Notes: generated from the sequence alone by a model not told the origin. Positions 25,734 to 40,800 are shown, numbered from the stretch's first letter. The stretch: 64,000 bases of DNA from Lama guanicoe (GCA_013239625.1 MU053792.1:1072112-1136111); one strand, 5' to 3'. Translations and numbers: made by a program.

Positions 25734-25790
25734 TGTATTAGTCAGCGTTCTCTAGAGAAACAGAACCAATGACCCAATAGGCTATATATG
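25734..25790 (-). mobile_element. MLT2 LTR 3'-end fragment
   Basis: 'tgtattagtcagcgttctctagagaaacagaaccaat' is the reverse complement of an MLT2 end. Confidence 0.6.
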
Positions 25791-26799
25791 TGGGTGTAAG
25801 CCTACTGGTTATATACATCACTACTGGGACATGTGATATGTGGGGGTGGCGGTGAGAATGTGTGTATATACACATATGTACATACATATTTACATTTATA
25901 AGATGGTATGGGAAGGAGCAGGAGAAGTCGTTCTCTAATAATTCCTAGGGCTTAAGAGAAAAGTTGAACACAAGAGCTATCATTGCAAAGTAGTTTATCT
26001 GGCGTATGAGGATCAATGAAAAGAGAGACACCTGGTGGAGGCAAGCCAGCCTCTTCTAACTGACTCCCTGATGATAGAAAGGAGTATGTAAAAGGGTCTA
26101 GCGAGGGAGTACTTAGACTATGCAAAAGGTACACAGAGCAGTAACCAGGCATGATTTATACCAGACAGACAGACATGAGTTAATGCTGTGCAAAGGATCA
26201 AAGCACCTTCTCAACACCACAGTGAGGTCAGGGCCTATTTTTCAAGCCTAGCAATGGCTGGAACATCAATAATCTGTAACAGCAATGGAGGATATCTGCA
26301 TGGCCTGCCTCAGAGAACCACAGGATTGGTCAAGACTCAGTCCAGGTCACCTAGACACCCCCTGGAACTGCTCTAAATTCTCATCCATTTAAAGGTATGT
26401 ATTTAAGCCCCTTTATTACAGGAAGTTGGATGCTGAAGATGAAAAAAATAAACTTATCTCTTATAAGCTTAGATGTGTCTGGGTTTTTAAAAGTTCTCTC
26501 AAAGTTTAGGATTTTGGAGTTGGCAAGGATATTTGATCCACATAGGAAAATCTAAAGCAGAACTTACTACCCTGCCCTCCATGCCACCTAGTCAGGGAGA
26601 GATGAAGGAAAGGACATGGGAAGATACTGAATACTTGTTTCACAATCCTTTCATTCTGTATATGATTGATTGTGTATGTATGTGTATACATATAATTTAA
26701 TTTTTAAAAATATTTTATTGGACATTTAAGAACATGTCTACTTTCCAGTTATTTAATGTGGTCATAATTACCAATGGAAACTACTAAAATCTAAATATT

Positions 26800-27620
26800 T
26801 TCATGCTGGTTTTCCCCCCTTAACTATATTCTTTTTATATTTCTCATCTAGATGAATGGCCTCTGTACTTCCCAAGCCAGATGCTTGGAAGTCGTGCTTC
26901 ACCAACCATATATATACATCTATTTTAAAACCACTACCTTCTCTCCATCCCTCCTGACATTCCTTAGTGTAAGCTCTGATCATCTCACTTGAATTGCCTA
27001 ATAGCCTCAACACTGATCGTCCTCATTCCATAAACTTTTATTTAAAATCTTTTGGGTTTCACACCTATGTATACATTGGGAATATAAAGATAAATGATGC
27101 ACAAAATCCCTGATCTTACACATATAGACAGAAATAAGTAAACGGTGATACGGGTCATAATAGAGGTATGAACATTGTTATGGAAGCACACAGGAAAGAC
27201 AACATTCAGATTTGCTTTCAGGGGTGGCAGGACAAAGCAGAGAGGGGAAGGGGAGTGTGGAAGACATTCCGATAAATATTGTACCTAAGATGTTTAAAAA
27301 ACATCTTGAGATGTTTTTTAAAGACATTTCCAAGGGAAAAAAATTATAAGTGCAAAAAAGGCATGGATGCAAGAGTGATCATGGCCCCTTTGGAGAATAC
27401 AAAGTTGAGGGGATAGCGTTAAAAAAAAAGCTGAAGTGGTAACCAGGGAATGGCTCGTGCAAAGTCTTACATACCATGCAAGGGGGTTTGGATGTCATTC
27501 TATAGTGAGAAATATTTAGAAAGCTTTTAAGTGGGAGTAGCATTATACCATTGGATTTACAGTTTAGAAAGATCATTCTGCTAAGAATACAGCAGTGACT
27601 AACACAGCTGTGGCTCCTAT
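26800..27620. mobile_element. L2 fragments
   Basis: 'ttggatgtcattctatagtgag...aagcttttaagtgggagtagcattatacc...gtttagaaagatcattctg'. Confidence 0.55.
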
Positions 27621-30600
27621 TTTCATGGTGCTCACTATCCAGTGGGACAGATACGCACGTTCACTGGCATTGGTAATAATTATCAATTTTAAAAATCCAA
27701 ACCATTTTTTGGAATGAAAAACAAATTTTTATTTTGTTAAGCCACTGAAATGTAGCTATTACAATGAATAGGATTACCTTAATGGATGCATATTAATTTT
27801 AATCCCAGCAACTCAATAAGCACATTTATTAATCTAGATATTTATCTGATGATTCTTTAGTGTTTTCTGCACAAAAATTACATCATTTGTAAATAATGGG
27901 GTTTGCTTTTCTTTCCTATTTTTTACCAATTTTATTTCTTTTTTTCTTGTACTACTACTGTACAGCTAACACCTCCTGTACAATGTTGAATAAAAGCACC
28001 ATGGTTTTCAATACTGTTTAATATCACTGTATGTGTGGGTATATATAATTAATACGTAATTATTTATACCAAGTTATGCATACATAAATAATCTGGAACT
28101 TGTGTTAGAGTAAGTCAATTATTAAGGCTCATAGTTCATAGATAAAAGTGAACCCAATGATACATGTATATAGTAATTTTTATTTCTGTCACTAGTAATA
28201 TAAGTACAACGGCTTTAGTAGAAATTTTCAAGTATCAAATTAATACAGTAGCATTACACACAGGTATTCACTTTCATAAAGTGGTTAAAAGTTAAAGCCT
28301 GCCATGTTTACTCTAAGCAGAATGGTCAAGCAGAGAAGATGAAATGTCCTTATTTTATCACTTTGGCTTGAGTAAATTTCTATATGTAGTCTTTACTTAA
28401 TCAACAATTATAAGTACTATCAAACAGAAAGGGTGCTGAAAATATATGAAAGGGAAAGGGGGAACTGATCCACAAGATAACTAAAGCCATTGAAGTGGAT
28501 AAAAAAAATCAGTCAAGGAAGATAAGTAGAAATAGTGGAGACGAAGGCTAAGGATGGAACACCAAGGGTAACTGACCTTAAGTGACAAGACAATTTAAGT
28601 TGAAGAATTATTGATGCAGCATCTGCTACATACCAGGTGATAGTCCAGAAAAACTGAAAATATAATGGAAAATAGATCAGTAGACAATACAAGGTGAGAA
28701 AGAGCTACAGCTGAGGAATAATTCACAAAGAACAGGGAGAGAAATGGAGGAAAATAGGAGAGATGGCGGAAGCCGAGGAAGAACATTTCAAGTCTGAAGT
28801 AGTTATCCGTATCATCAAAATCTCAGAAAGGTTAGGTAAGAAAAGGACTGGTAAGAAGTCAGTGATGATTTGAGTGGGGTTGGGAGAGGCCAGATTAGTG
28901 GTTTTTAGAGGAAATAATGAACAAATTTTGTATAAATTATTTTTTTTTCAGTCCGGTGAGGCTGGGGCTAGAGGAGAATGCAGATTCTAAAGAATTCTGT
29001 CTTGTTTTAGATGAGAGAAATTTGAGCATGTTACTACATTGAGAAGAAAGGGGAGATATGAGGGAAATTTCTGATAATGATTACAACAACCTAAATTAAG
29101 CACTTTACATCGCTATCCAAGCAAATCATTTCTAGCCTTTAAACCAATAAATCAGAGAACAATACTGTATGGTTAAACATTTACTTTTGTTAACAGGCAA
29201 ACATTGATAAGCAAACAAATGGCTAGAGACTTAATTTTTATAGTTTATTTAAGTGATACAACAAACCTGAAAATACTGCATTTTATAATAAATAATTTAT
29301 AGTTTTTTCATTCAATGTCATAATCCTTTAAGGCTGGTTATTAATAATGACTTCTTCAAAATGGGAAATGAAGCTGAAATTAAATAATGAGGCTTAAAAC
29401 ACAAAACTAGTAGAAACATGTTTGTTTCACTCAAAGTGTATGTTCTTTTCAATACTATTCTGACCCTAGATTTTAATATTAAATGAAAGCAGAAAGTAAT
29501 TTCAGCACTCAAAAGACCAAATGTACTGGTCAAAAGTTACCATGACAATTTAAGATCATTCTGGATAAGGCAGACAGATACAATAACGGCTAACATTTAT
29601 AGACACAGTACCGTGTGTCGTGAACTGGGCCATGGGTTTCACACAGTGTTTAATTCTTATAAATATTACCCATATAAAAAAAACAATGAGACCTCTGTCT
29701 GCTTTAATAAGGTATCATAGGCATACTTCTATTTCTCCTGCTAAGTACAACTGAAAATCCTGGACATATATAAAATATACATATCACAAATATATTAAGA
29801 CTATGAAAAGTGGAGATACTGAAACATTATGCTGTGCATCAGAAATTGACACAACATTGTAAACTGACCATACTTCAATTAAAAAAGTGAAATTAAATAA
29901 AAAATTTTAAAATACCACAAAAAAGACAAGTAGAGAGAAACGGGAAGGCTGGTTAGTAAACTTGGGATCCAAGGAATAAGACAGTGATCAGTTCCTTGGG
30001 TTTTATTTTTTTTGCCTAATATATTCCAGATACTGAAGAAGCAGACAAGACTGAACACTAACGGGCACATAAAGAGCTGAAAGAAAAACCTGATCTCTTT
30101 AGTCAAAGGACCAGCATAAAGAGCAACCTAGCAAGACAGAAAAGTTTTGACAGACACCAAAAAGAACTAGGGCTATACCCCACCCATGTCAGCAAAAGTG
30201 GCATGGAGAGCCAAGAATTCCACACTTGCCAGGATGTAACGAGGTGCCTCAGCTCTCCGCCTTCCATCTCCCCACTGGAGCGGTGTTGGTGAAGGATGAG
30301 TAGGGAGTCAGGACACTAATCTCTGCTAGGTGGTAACAAGTGGCCACCAACACCCGCTTCCACTCCAGAATGTGGGGAGCCTGGACTTCTACCCCCAGCT
30401 GACAGTACTGTGGCATTCTTCTGTCTCCTTGCTGGAGCAGAGCCAGAGGCCCAGTAAAGAGTCAGGACTTTCACTACCAAATAGCAGCAACAAAGCCAAT
30501 CCCCCGTGATGTCAGTGGATACCATGGGAGGAGCAGTAACAAGGTGCCCCTGGTTATCAGAAGATAATTTGAGGCTGAGATTGCTATTAGAGAATGCAGA

Positions 30601-31008
30601 GAGGGAAGTGGTATCAGAGCATGCAGAGAGGGGAGCCTAAACGTCCAATTCTGTCCAGCAGTAAAAAAGGAGCCCCTCTGATACCAGGAATCAACAGAGG
30701 TATGGTGGAACGTCTGGACTCAACCTGGCAGCAACGAGGTGGCAACCTTAACCCAGCGGAGCAGTGACAAAAAGACCCACTAAAATACAAGATTTAAATA
30801 AGACCTAGAGTCTTACATAATATCCAGTATAGCCAAGAACCAGGAATATTATCAAATTAAATGAGAAAAAACAATCAACAGACACCAACAGTGGGATGAC
30901 ACTGATGTTGGAATTACTTGCTAAGAATTTTAAGGCAGTCATCATAGAAAAGCTTCAATGAGCAATTACAAAGTATATATTACATACATGCACATATATA
31001 TATTATAT

Positions 31009-31170
31009 ATAGTTATTCCTTGGTAGCTGCAGGGGATTGGCTTCAGGACACTCCTCACCCCAATACCAAAATCCGCAGATGCTTAAGTCCCTTATATAAG
31101 ATGGCATAGTACAATCAGCTCTCCGTATCTGCAGATGTGGAAAATGAAGATACGGAAGGCGGAATGTATA
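31009..31170. mobile_element. MER2-like TcMar-Tigger element
   Basis: 'ccttggtagctgcaggggattggcttcaggac...ataccaaaatccgcagatgcttaagtcccttatataa', with TA flanks. Confidence 0.75.
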
Positions 31171-33169
31171 CACGTGTATATGTAAATGATGTAATATCTA
31201 GAACAAACACTAAAGAGTCCATACAAGAGACAGTATTACTATAGCTGAATGAAAATGGAATCCTAAAAAAGGTTCAAGTAATGCATAGGAAGACATAAAA
31301 AAGAAAAAAGAGAAATTAAAAACAAAATAAACAAAAAAACAAACTTAAGTACTAACATATCTAAACTAAATATAAATGGTGTACAGATATATATCAATTA
31401 AAAGACAGAAATCAGTGGAGTGGATTTATTTTTAAGTGACCCAATTTTACACTTACTACAAGTAATTCACTTCAAATAGAATGATATAAGTAAGCTGAAA
31501 ATCAAAGGATGGGAAAAGATATACTATGCAAGCATTAATTAAAAGAAAACAGGTGTAGATATTATTATCAGACAGAGCAGACTTCAGCAAGGAAAAGTAT
31601 CAGAAACAGAGAGAAATATCACATGTCAATCTACCATGAAGACACAGCAAACCTAAAATGCGTCTATGCCAAACAAAAGAGCTGCAAAATAATGTGAAGC
31701 AAAAACTGAATGAACTGAAAAGAAAAACAGACAACTGTACTTATAACAGCTATGATGCTGGAGACTGAACACCCTACTCCCTAAAATTAAAAGAACAAGA
31801 CAGTAAATCAGCAGTGATATGGAACACCAGAAGCCAACAGGATCTAATCAACAGAATATGCATTATTTTTCGGTGCCTATGAAACATATGCCAAAGGTGG
31901 TCATATCCAAAATCACAAAACAAGCTTCAAATGACTTAAAAGAATTGAAGTCGCACAGAATATGTTAACTGGCCACAATGGAATCAGACTAGAAATCAAG
32001 AAAAAGGTTAACATTAAAATGTCCACACACCTGGAAACTAAATAACGTACTTCTAAATAATTCACAAGGCAAAGACAAAGTCTCAAGGGAAATTTGTTTA
32101 AAATACATTGAATTGAATAAAAATGAAAATACAACATATCTAAATGTGTGGGATGCAGCTAAAACAATGCTGTGAGAAAATTTCATCTCAGTAAGTGCTT
32201 ACATTACAAAAGAATAAAGGTCTCAAACCAATAACCTAAGCTCCCACCCTCAGGAAACCAGAAAAAAGGCAGCAAAATAAACTCAATCTAGGCAAAAGAG
32301 AAGAAATGAAAATGAACAAATATCCATGAAACTGAAAATAGCAAAATGCAGAGAGAATCAATGAAACAAGGAGCTTATTTGAAAAGCTCAATAAAGTAGA
32401 CAAACCTCTAGCAAGACTGACAAAGAAAGAATAAAAAAGAAAACACAAATTACTAATATCAGAAATGAAACAAGGGAATTAGTACAGACCTTGAAAACAT
32501 CAAAAGGAAAAAGAAGTACTAAAAACAATTCTATAAATAACAATTTGATAGGATGAAATGGACTAATTCCTTAAGAAATTCACATTACCACAACTCACTC
32601 AAGATGAAATATAAAATTTGAACTGCCATGTTACTATTAAATAAACTAAACTTACCGAAAGTATAAAGAATAAATACCGAATCTGTGTAATTTCTTCTAC
32701 AGTATAAAGGAGGAGTGAACACGTTCCAAATAAATTTATGAAGTCAGTATTACTGTAGCATCCCAAAGACAGTACCAAAAATAAAAAAAGTTCAGCAATA
32801 CATAAAAGAAACTATATACTACAACCATGTAGGTTTATCCAGGGGTGTAAGAGAAGTTCAATATTTGAGTATAAATCAATGCAATCCACCACTGAAGGAC
32901 ATATGAAAGAAATCTCGTATGATCATATCAACTGACACAGTAAAAGCATTTAAAAATCCAACACCTATTAATGAGAAAAACTTTCAGCAAACAAGGAATA
33001 GAGAAGAACTTCCTCAACTTGATAAAGAACATCTATAAAACATCTACAGCTAACGTTATTCTAAATGGTAAGGCACCGATGTCTTCAGGATGAGAAAAAT
33101 GGCAAGGATGTCCACTCTTACCGCTGCCTTTCACTACGGCACTGGAAGCTCAGGCTAGCACACCTAGGC

Positions 33170-35395
33170 ACCGCCCCTCCTCATTACTGGTTCTGATATC
33201 ACACTTTACGTCTAGTTGTCCTGTGTATCCTTTAATTGCTTACGTGGTTACAGACGATTTTACTGCTTTTGTCTTTTTGCTCCCCTATTAGTTTGTGTGT
33301 GAATGATTGAAAGTACATTTGATTTTACTGGTGAGTTTTCCTATTTTGTCATTTTCTTGTTTCTAGTTGTGGTCTCTTCTACGTGGAGAAGTTCCTTTAG
33401 CATTTGTTACAAAGCTAGTTTGGTGGTGCTGAATTCTTTTAGCTTTTGCTTGTCTTTGAAGCTTCTGATTTCTCCTTCAAATCTAAACGATAGCCTTGCC
33501 GAGTAGACTATGCTTGGTTGTAGGTTTTCCCTTTCAACACTTTAAATATATTGTGCCACTCTCTTCTGGCCTACAGAGTTTCTGCTGAAAAATCAGCTGA
33601 CAGCCTCATGGGAGTTCCCATGTATGTTACCTGTTGCTTTTCTCTTGCTGCTTTTAACGTTTTCTCCATATCTTTAATTTTTCTCGGTTTGGTTACTATG
33701 TGCATCACATGTTCCTCTTTGGGTTAATCCTGTATGAGACTCTCTCTGCTTCCTGGACTTGGGGGAGTGTTTCCTTTCTCAATTTAGGGAAGTTTTCAGC
33801 TATTACCTCTTCTAGTATCTTCTCAGTTCCTTTCTCACTTCTCTTTCTGGGATCCCTGTAATGCAAATATTAGTGCACTTCATGTTGTCCCAGATGTCTC
33901 TTAACAATCCTCATTTCTTTTCGTGTGTGTGTGTGTGTGTGTGTGTGTTTCCTCTTCTGTGGTAGTTATTTCCACTACTCTGTCTTCTAGCTCACTGATC
34001 CATTCTTCTGCCTCATTTACTCTATTCTAGGTTCCTTCTAGTGTACTATTCAGCTCAGTAATTGCATTACTCTTCAACTCCATTTGGCTGTTCTTTATAT
34101 TTTCTAACTCTTCGCCAAAAACTTCAGCTTCTCACTCTGTGCATCTGTTCTCCTCCTGAGTTCTCTGATCACCTTCTCAATCATTACTCTGAACTTTCTC
34201 TTGGGCAGATTGCCTATTTCCTCATCACGTACTTCTTCTTGTGGGATTTTACTTTGTGTCTTTGGAACATATTCCTCTGCCACCTCATTTTCTCTAAATT
34301 TCTATTTGCATTTTTATGTCGGTTGGTTACATTTCTTGACCTTGGAGTAGTGGCCCTCTGTATGAGAGTCCTGTGTGTCCCAGCAGCGCACTTCCTTCTC
34401 ATCACCCGAGGCCAGGGTCCAGCTGGTCCCTGGGCAGTCTGGCTTGCATCTGCAGACTCCTTCCACAGGATGTGAAACTGTTGTTTTCTTCCTTCTGGTG
34501 TCTGTCCCCTGGTGGGTGAGGCTGGACTAGAGGCTTGTGCAAGTTTCCAGGTTGGGGGGGGGGTAGGTGCTTGCCCACTGCTGAGTGGAGCTGGGTCCTA
34601 GTTCTTTGGTGGGCAGGGCCATGTCCAGGGTCATGCCTAGAGGTGTTTGTGGCTCGGGAAGTCTGCTGATGGGTGGTGCTGTGTTCCCACCCAGTATGTT
34701 GTCTGGCTTGAGGGGACCTAGCACTGAAGCCTACAGGCTGTTGGGTGGGGCCAGGTCTCAGTGCTAATGACCCAAGCAAGATGGCAATTTCCAGGAAGAC
34801 TCATGTAAATGAGTAATATCAGACTGTCTGCAATCAGCTTTTATGTCCCCAGGATGAGCCACAGCCACCTCCCACCTCCCCAGGAGAACTTCTAAAACCA
34901 GCAGGCAGGTCTAGCCCGGGTTCCCATGAAATCAGTGCCTCTGCCCTTGGTTCTGGCATACACAAGGTTCTGTGTGTGTCCACGAGGGTGAAGTCTGCTT
35001 TCCCCATTTCCGTGGAGTTCCTGTAATTAAGCCCTGTTGGCCTTCAAAACCAAACGCTCTGGGGGCTCCTCCTTCCAATGCTGTAGCTCCGGCCTGGGGA
35101 GCCAGGCGTGGGGCTCAGAGCTCTTATTCCTGTGGGAGGACCTCTGCAATACAATTTTCCTCCAGCTTGTGGGTCCCCCACCCAGGGAGGGGGTATGAGC
35201 CCAACTGTATCATGGCTGTTCCCCTCTCACCATCCTGCTGTGGTTCCCTCTTTAAGTTTCCCATCGAAAAAGATCTTTTTTGGCAGATTCCAGTCTTTTT
35301 TTAATTGATGACTGTTTAGCAGTCAGTTGTGGTTTTGTTGTGATCCTGAGAGGAGGTGAGCTTGTGGTCCTACTACTTGCCATCTTGGTTGGAAA
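33170..35395 (-). mobile_element. L1 5'UTR + ORF1 + inter-ORF segment, oriented opposite to the host L1
   Basis: The minus strand begins 'ccaaccaagatggc...aagctcacctcctctc'. ORF1 motifs appear in reverse ('gagtttctgctgaaaaatcagctgacagcctcatgggagttccc'). Contains a (TG)n at ~33924-33948. Confidence 0.8.
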
Positions 35396-35799
35396 TGAAT
35401 CATAAATTTAAGTGAAGTTTAAACTCTAACATTTAAAACTGTGTAACTTTTAGAAGAAAGAAACTATAGGAGACAATCTTTGTGACTTAGGGTTACTCAA
35501 TGAATTCTCAGATATGACATGAAAAGTATATCCATAGAGGAAAAAAATTGATAGAATGAATTTTACCAAAACTAAAGATTTTCCTTCTATGAAAGACTCT
35601 GGTAACATAATGAAAAAACAACCTATGGGCTAGGAGAAAATACTTGCAAATGAAACCCAATAAAGGATTCTTATCTAGAATATATAAAGAACTCTCAAAA
35701 TTCACCAGTAAAAAAAAATCAAACAATTCAACCAAAAAACAGGCAAAGGGCATAAAGAAATTCACCAGTGAAAACATACAGATGACAAATAAACACAGT

Positions 35800-37385
35800 C
35801 ATATGGAATCACAGAAGACCCAGAACTGCCAAAGCACTACTGAAGAAAAAGAATGAAGTTGGAGGAACAACCCTCTCAGACTTCAGACATTACTACAGAG
35901 CTACAGTCAAAACAGCATGGTATTGATACAAAATAGACATGGATCAATGGAACAGAATAGAGAGCTCAGAAATAAACCCACAAACTTTTGGTCAATTAAT
36001 CTTTGACAAAGGAGTCAAGAACATACAATGGAGTAAAGACAGTCTCTTCAGCAAATGGTGTTGGGAAAACTGGACAGCTGCATGTAAATCAATGAAGTTA
36101 GACTATGCCCTCACACCGTATACAAAAATAAACTCAAAATGACTTAAACATGAGACAAGACACTATTAACCTTTGAGAAGAACACTTAGGCAAAACATTA
36201 TCTGACATGAATCTCATCGATGTTCTCCTAGGGCAATCTACCCAAGCAATAGAAATAAAAGCAAAAATAAACAAATGGGACCTAATTAAACTTGTGAGCT
36301 TTTGCATAACAAATGAAACCATAAGCAAAACAAAAAGACAACCTACGGAATGGGAGAAAATATTTGCAAATAATGAGACTGACAAGAGCTTAATTTCCAG
36401 AATATATAAACAGCTCATATAACTTAATAACAAAAAAACAAACAACCCAATCCAAAAACGGGCAGAAGACCAAAATAAGCAATTCTCCAATGAAGACGTA
36501 TCAATGGCCAATAGGCACATGAAAAAATGCTCAATATTACTAATTATCAGAGAAATGCAAATCAGAACTATAATGAGGTATCACCTCACACCGGTCAGAA
36601 TGGCCATCATTCAAAAGTCTACTAACAATAAGTGGTGGAGAGGCTGTGGAGGAAAAGGACCCCTCTTACACTGTTGGTGGGAATGTAGTTTGGTGCAGCC
36701 ATTAAGAAAAACAGTATGGATAGTCCTCAAAAGACTAAAAATAGACTTACTATATCATCTAACAGTCCCACTCTGGGGCATATATCCAGAGGAAATCTTA
36801 ATTGAAAAAGATACATGTACCCCAATGTTCACAGCAGCACTATTTACAATAGCCAAAGACATGGAAAGAACCTAAATGTCCATCGTCAGATGACTGGATA
36901 AAGAAGCTGTGGTGTATTTATACAATGGAATACTACTCAGCCATAAAAAAGAATAAAATAATGCTATTTGCAGCAACATGGATGGATCTGGAGAATGTCA
37001 TTTTAAGTGAAGTAATCCAGAAAGAGAAAGAAAAATACCCCTATGATATCACTTGTAGTGGAATCTAAAGAAAAAAAAAGACAAACTTATTTACAAAACA
37101 GACTCACAGACATAGAAAACAAACATGGTTATGGGGTTGGGTGGGTAAGAGAGTGGGAAAAGATAAATTGGGAGTCCAAGGTTTTCAGATACTAACTAAT
37201 ATATATACATAAAACAGATAAACAAGTTTATACTGTATAGCACAGGGAACTATATTCAATATCTTGTAGTAACTTATGGTGAAAAACAATGTGAAAATGT
37301 ATATATATATGTTCCTATATCACTGAAGCAGTGTGCTGTACACCAGAAACTGACACAACATTGTTAACTGACTGTACTTCAATAA

Positions 37386-37420
<35 letters not shown>
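35800..37420 (+). mobile_element. Younger 5'-truncated L1 (ORF2 C-terminus + 3'UTR)
   Basis: ORF fragments [14 protein letters not shown]..., [10 protein letters not shown]..., [13 protein letters not shown].... Camelid-type 3'UTR with AATAAA and a (TA)/(GA) tail. Disrupted by stops and frameshifts. Confidence 0.92.
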
Positions 37421-37449
37421 AAGAGAGTGTCAATAGCATTAGTCATCAA

Positions 37450-37730
37450 AGGCATACTTTTACTGCACTTCACAGATACTGCATTTTTGAAGATCTGTGC
37501 TGTCAGATGATGATCAGCAATTTTTAGCACTAAAGTATTTTAAATCTGAAGTGTATACATTGCTGTTTTTTAAAAAGCATAATGCTATTGCACACCTAAT
37601 AGACTATATAGTATCGTATAAGCATAACTTTTATGTGCACTGGGGAAAAACTCATATAACTTGCTTTATTGCTATATTTGCTTTATTTCAGAGGTCTGAA
37701 TCAAATTCCCTGTGTTTCCTAGGTATGCCA
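37450..37730. mobile_element. Internally deleted Tigger1-like DNA transposon
   Basis: Termini 'aggcatact' and 'aggtatgcc'; internal 'aatgctattgcacacctaatagacta...aacttttatgtgcactgggg'. Confidence 0.75.
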
Positions 37731-37899
37731 CTATGAAACGTGAAATTAAGACCATAGTGAAATATTACTACTTATTAGAATTGCTAACACAATATTACAA
37801 ATAGTGGTAATGCTAAAAGATTGAGAGAATGCAGAGACACTGGATCACTCATACATTACTAGTAGAAATTATTTGGCAGTTTCTTTAAAAATTGTTTAG

Positions 37900-40800
37900 T
37901 TTCTGTTTACAAGACAGTGATCTCATTTGGCCAAGGAACTCTATGTGCAATTCTGCCTGAGGCAAGACCCCAAACAATGAGCCTGGCTGGCTTGGATGCC
38001 TTCTTTGCTGTAGTTGCCCAGGCAGGGAGGCGAATTCCTTGGTCCACTGACTGCTGAGCACAACTCCACCCCACCCCCAAGGAAACCTGGCCAGAGCACC
38101 CGGGAAACAGCCCCGCAGCCCGTGAAAAGTGCCAAGTCAGTGACTCTGCGCATCTGCAGAGCCCAGCTTGTGACCCTGTCTGACCAAGGAATTTGGTGCG
38201 CAGTTTCGCCTGATTCATCTTCTTGGCCAGCAAGCTGTACCAGCTGAGCAGGCTGTTTTACAGCCCCCAGGCTGCAAAGCAAATTCAAAGCCTGGCCTAG
38301 GACTAAATCCAGCTTCCAGGCCTGCTCAACCAGGAAAACTAACCAGAACATCACGAAGCTGCGTAGCTCAACCTACAGCCCTGCTTACAATGGCAAAGAA
38401 AGAGAAAACTGAGCCAACATGACACCATGTTGGTCAAGGGAAAGTAGTAAAGCTTCAATAACTGATCCTAAAGAAATGGAGATCTCTGAACTGTGTGCAA
38501 AGATTTCAGAATAATACTCTCAAAGGGTTTAGTGAGTTTCTTTACAGACAACTAAACAGAATTAGTAAAACAATGCATAAACAAGACAAGAAGTTCAAGC
38601 AAGAAATAAAAACCATTAACAGCAAACAAACAGAAATCCTAGAGTTGACAAACACAATGACTAGCCTGAAGAATTCAGTGGAAAGCTTTAACATCAGACT
38701 TGGTCAAGCAGAAGAAATAATCAGTGAACTACAAGGTAAAGCATTTGAAATTATCCAGTTGGAGGAGAAAAAAATGAAAAAGAGTGAAAATAGCCTATGA
38801 GAGCCACAAGACGCCATCAAAAGAGTAATACTTGCATTATGAGAATCCCAGAAGAAGAAAAGATAAAGGGACAGAAAGTATTTTTAAAGCAATAATGGTT
38901 GAAAACTGTCCAAATCTGGGAAGAGAAATGGACATCAAGAGTCATGAGGCCCAAGGGACCCGAAATAGATTATACCCAACAAGGGCTACAGAGACACATT
39001 ATAATTACATTGTCAAATGTCAGACAAGAAAGAATTTTAAAAGTAGCAGGAGAATAACACATTATACACAAGGGACAATCCCCACCATAGACCACAGGCA
39101 GATTTCTCAACAGAAACTTCTTAGGCCTGGAGAGAATGGAGCAATATATTCAAAATATTGAAAGAAAAAAGCTGCCAATTAAGAATATTATACTTGCCAA
39201 AGCTATCTTTCAGAAATGAATGAATGAAAGATCAAGACTTTCCTATACAAACAGAAACTGAAGGAGTTCATCACTGCTAGACCTGCCTTAAAAGAAATCC
39301 TACAGGGAGTTCTTCAAGCAGAAATGAAAGGATGCTAATTAATATGATAAAAACATGAATATAAGTGTGAAACTAACAGATAATAGTAAATATACAAAGT
39401 CAGATTCTCTAATATTGTAATGGTGGTACATAATTCACTTACAATTCTAAAAACTGAAAAATAAACATTAAAAAGTAACCATAACTACAGTAATATATTA
39501 GATGCACAATATAAAATATATATAAATTGAAACATCTATAACTTAAAACGTAAGGGGAGAGAAGTAAAAATTTAGCTTATGTATGCTATCAAAATTAAGT
39601 TATCAGCTTAAAATAGGATGTTAAAAACATAAGAAATATTACATAAATCTTATGGTAACCAGAAAAAAAAAACCTGTAGTAGTTACACAAAAGATTATGA
39701 TAAAGGAGTCAAAGAATCCAATAAAAAAAGTCATCAAATCACAAAGAAGACAGAAAAATAAAAAATGAAGAACAAAATGAGAACACAATTAACCAAATGA
39801 CAATAAGTAAGTCTTTACCTATTAACAAATAGCGAATGGATTAAATTCTCCACTCAAAAGACACAGAAGAGCTGAATGGATTAAAGAAAAAAAACAAGGC
39901 TCCAAAAGCTGACTACAAAAGATTCACTTTAGTTTTAAAGACACATAAACTGAGAGTGAAGAAATGGGTAAAGATATTTCAAGCAAATGGTAACCAAAAG
40001 AAAGCAGGGGTAGATATATTTGTATCAGACAAAATAGACGTTAAGCTAAAAATAGTCAAAAGAGACAAAGGATATTATATGATGATAATGGGGTCAATCC
40101 ATCAAGAAGATATAATAATTGTAAATATTTATGCAACCCATTATCAGAGCATTTATATATATTTATTTATTTATACATAATTTTAAAAATACTAACAAAA
40201 CAGGAAAAATAAATGAATATAATAACAGTTGGGGACTTTAGTACCCACTCTCAACAACGGATAGATCATCCAGAAAATCAATAAGAAGCTATATTTAAAC
40301 AACACTATAGACCAAATTAACCTAATAGACATATACAAATATTCCGTCCAAGAACAGCAGAATACTCATTCTTCTCAAGTGCACCCAGAACATTTTCTAG
40401 GCTAGAATATACATTAGGCCACAAAGCAAGTCTCAGCAAATTTAGGAAGATGAAATCACACCAATTATGTTTCCTGGCCACAATCATATGAAACTATAAA
40501 TCAGTATCAGGAGGAAATCTTGATAATTGGCAAATATAATTGGAAATTAAACAACACCCCCCCCCAAACAACCAATGTTTAGAGAAGGAACTAAAAAGAA
40601 AATTTAAAAGTATCTTGTGAAAGTGAAAATGGAAATACAATATACCAAAACTTATGGGATGGAACAAAAACAGTTCTAAAAGCAAAGTTTATAACATTAT
40701 ATCAAGAAAAAAGAAAGACCTCAAATAAACTACCTAATTTTACATCTCAAGGAACTAGACAATGAAGAACAAAATAAGCCCAAAGTTAGCAGAAGTAAGG

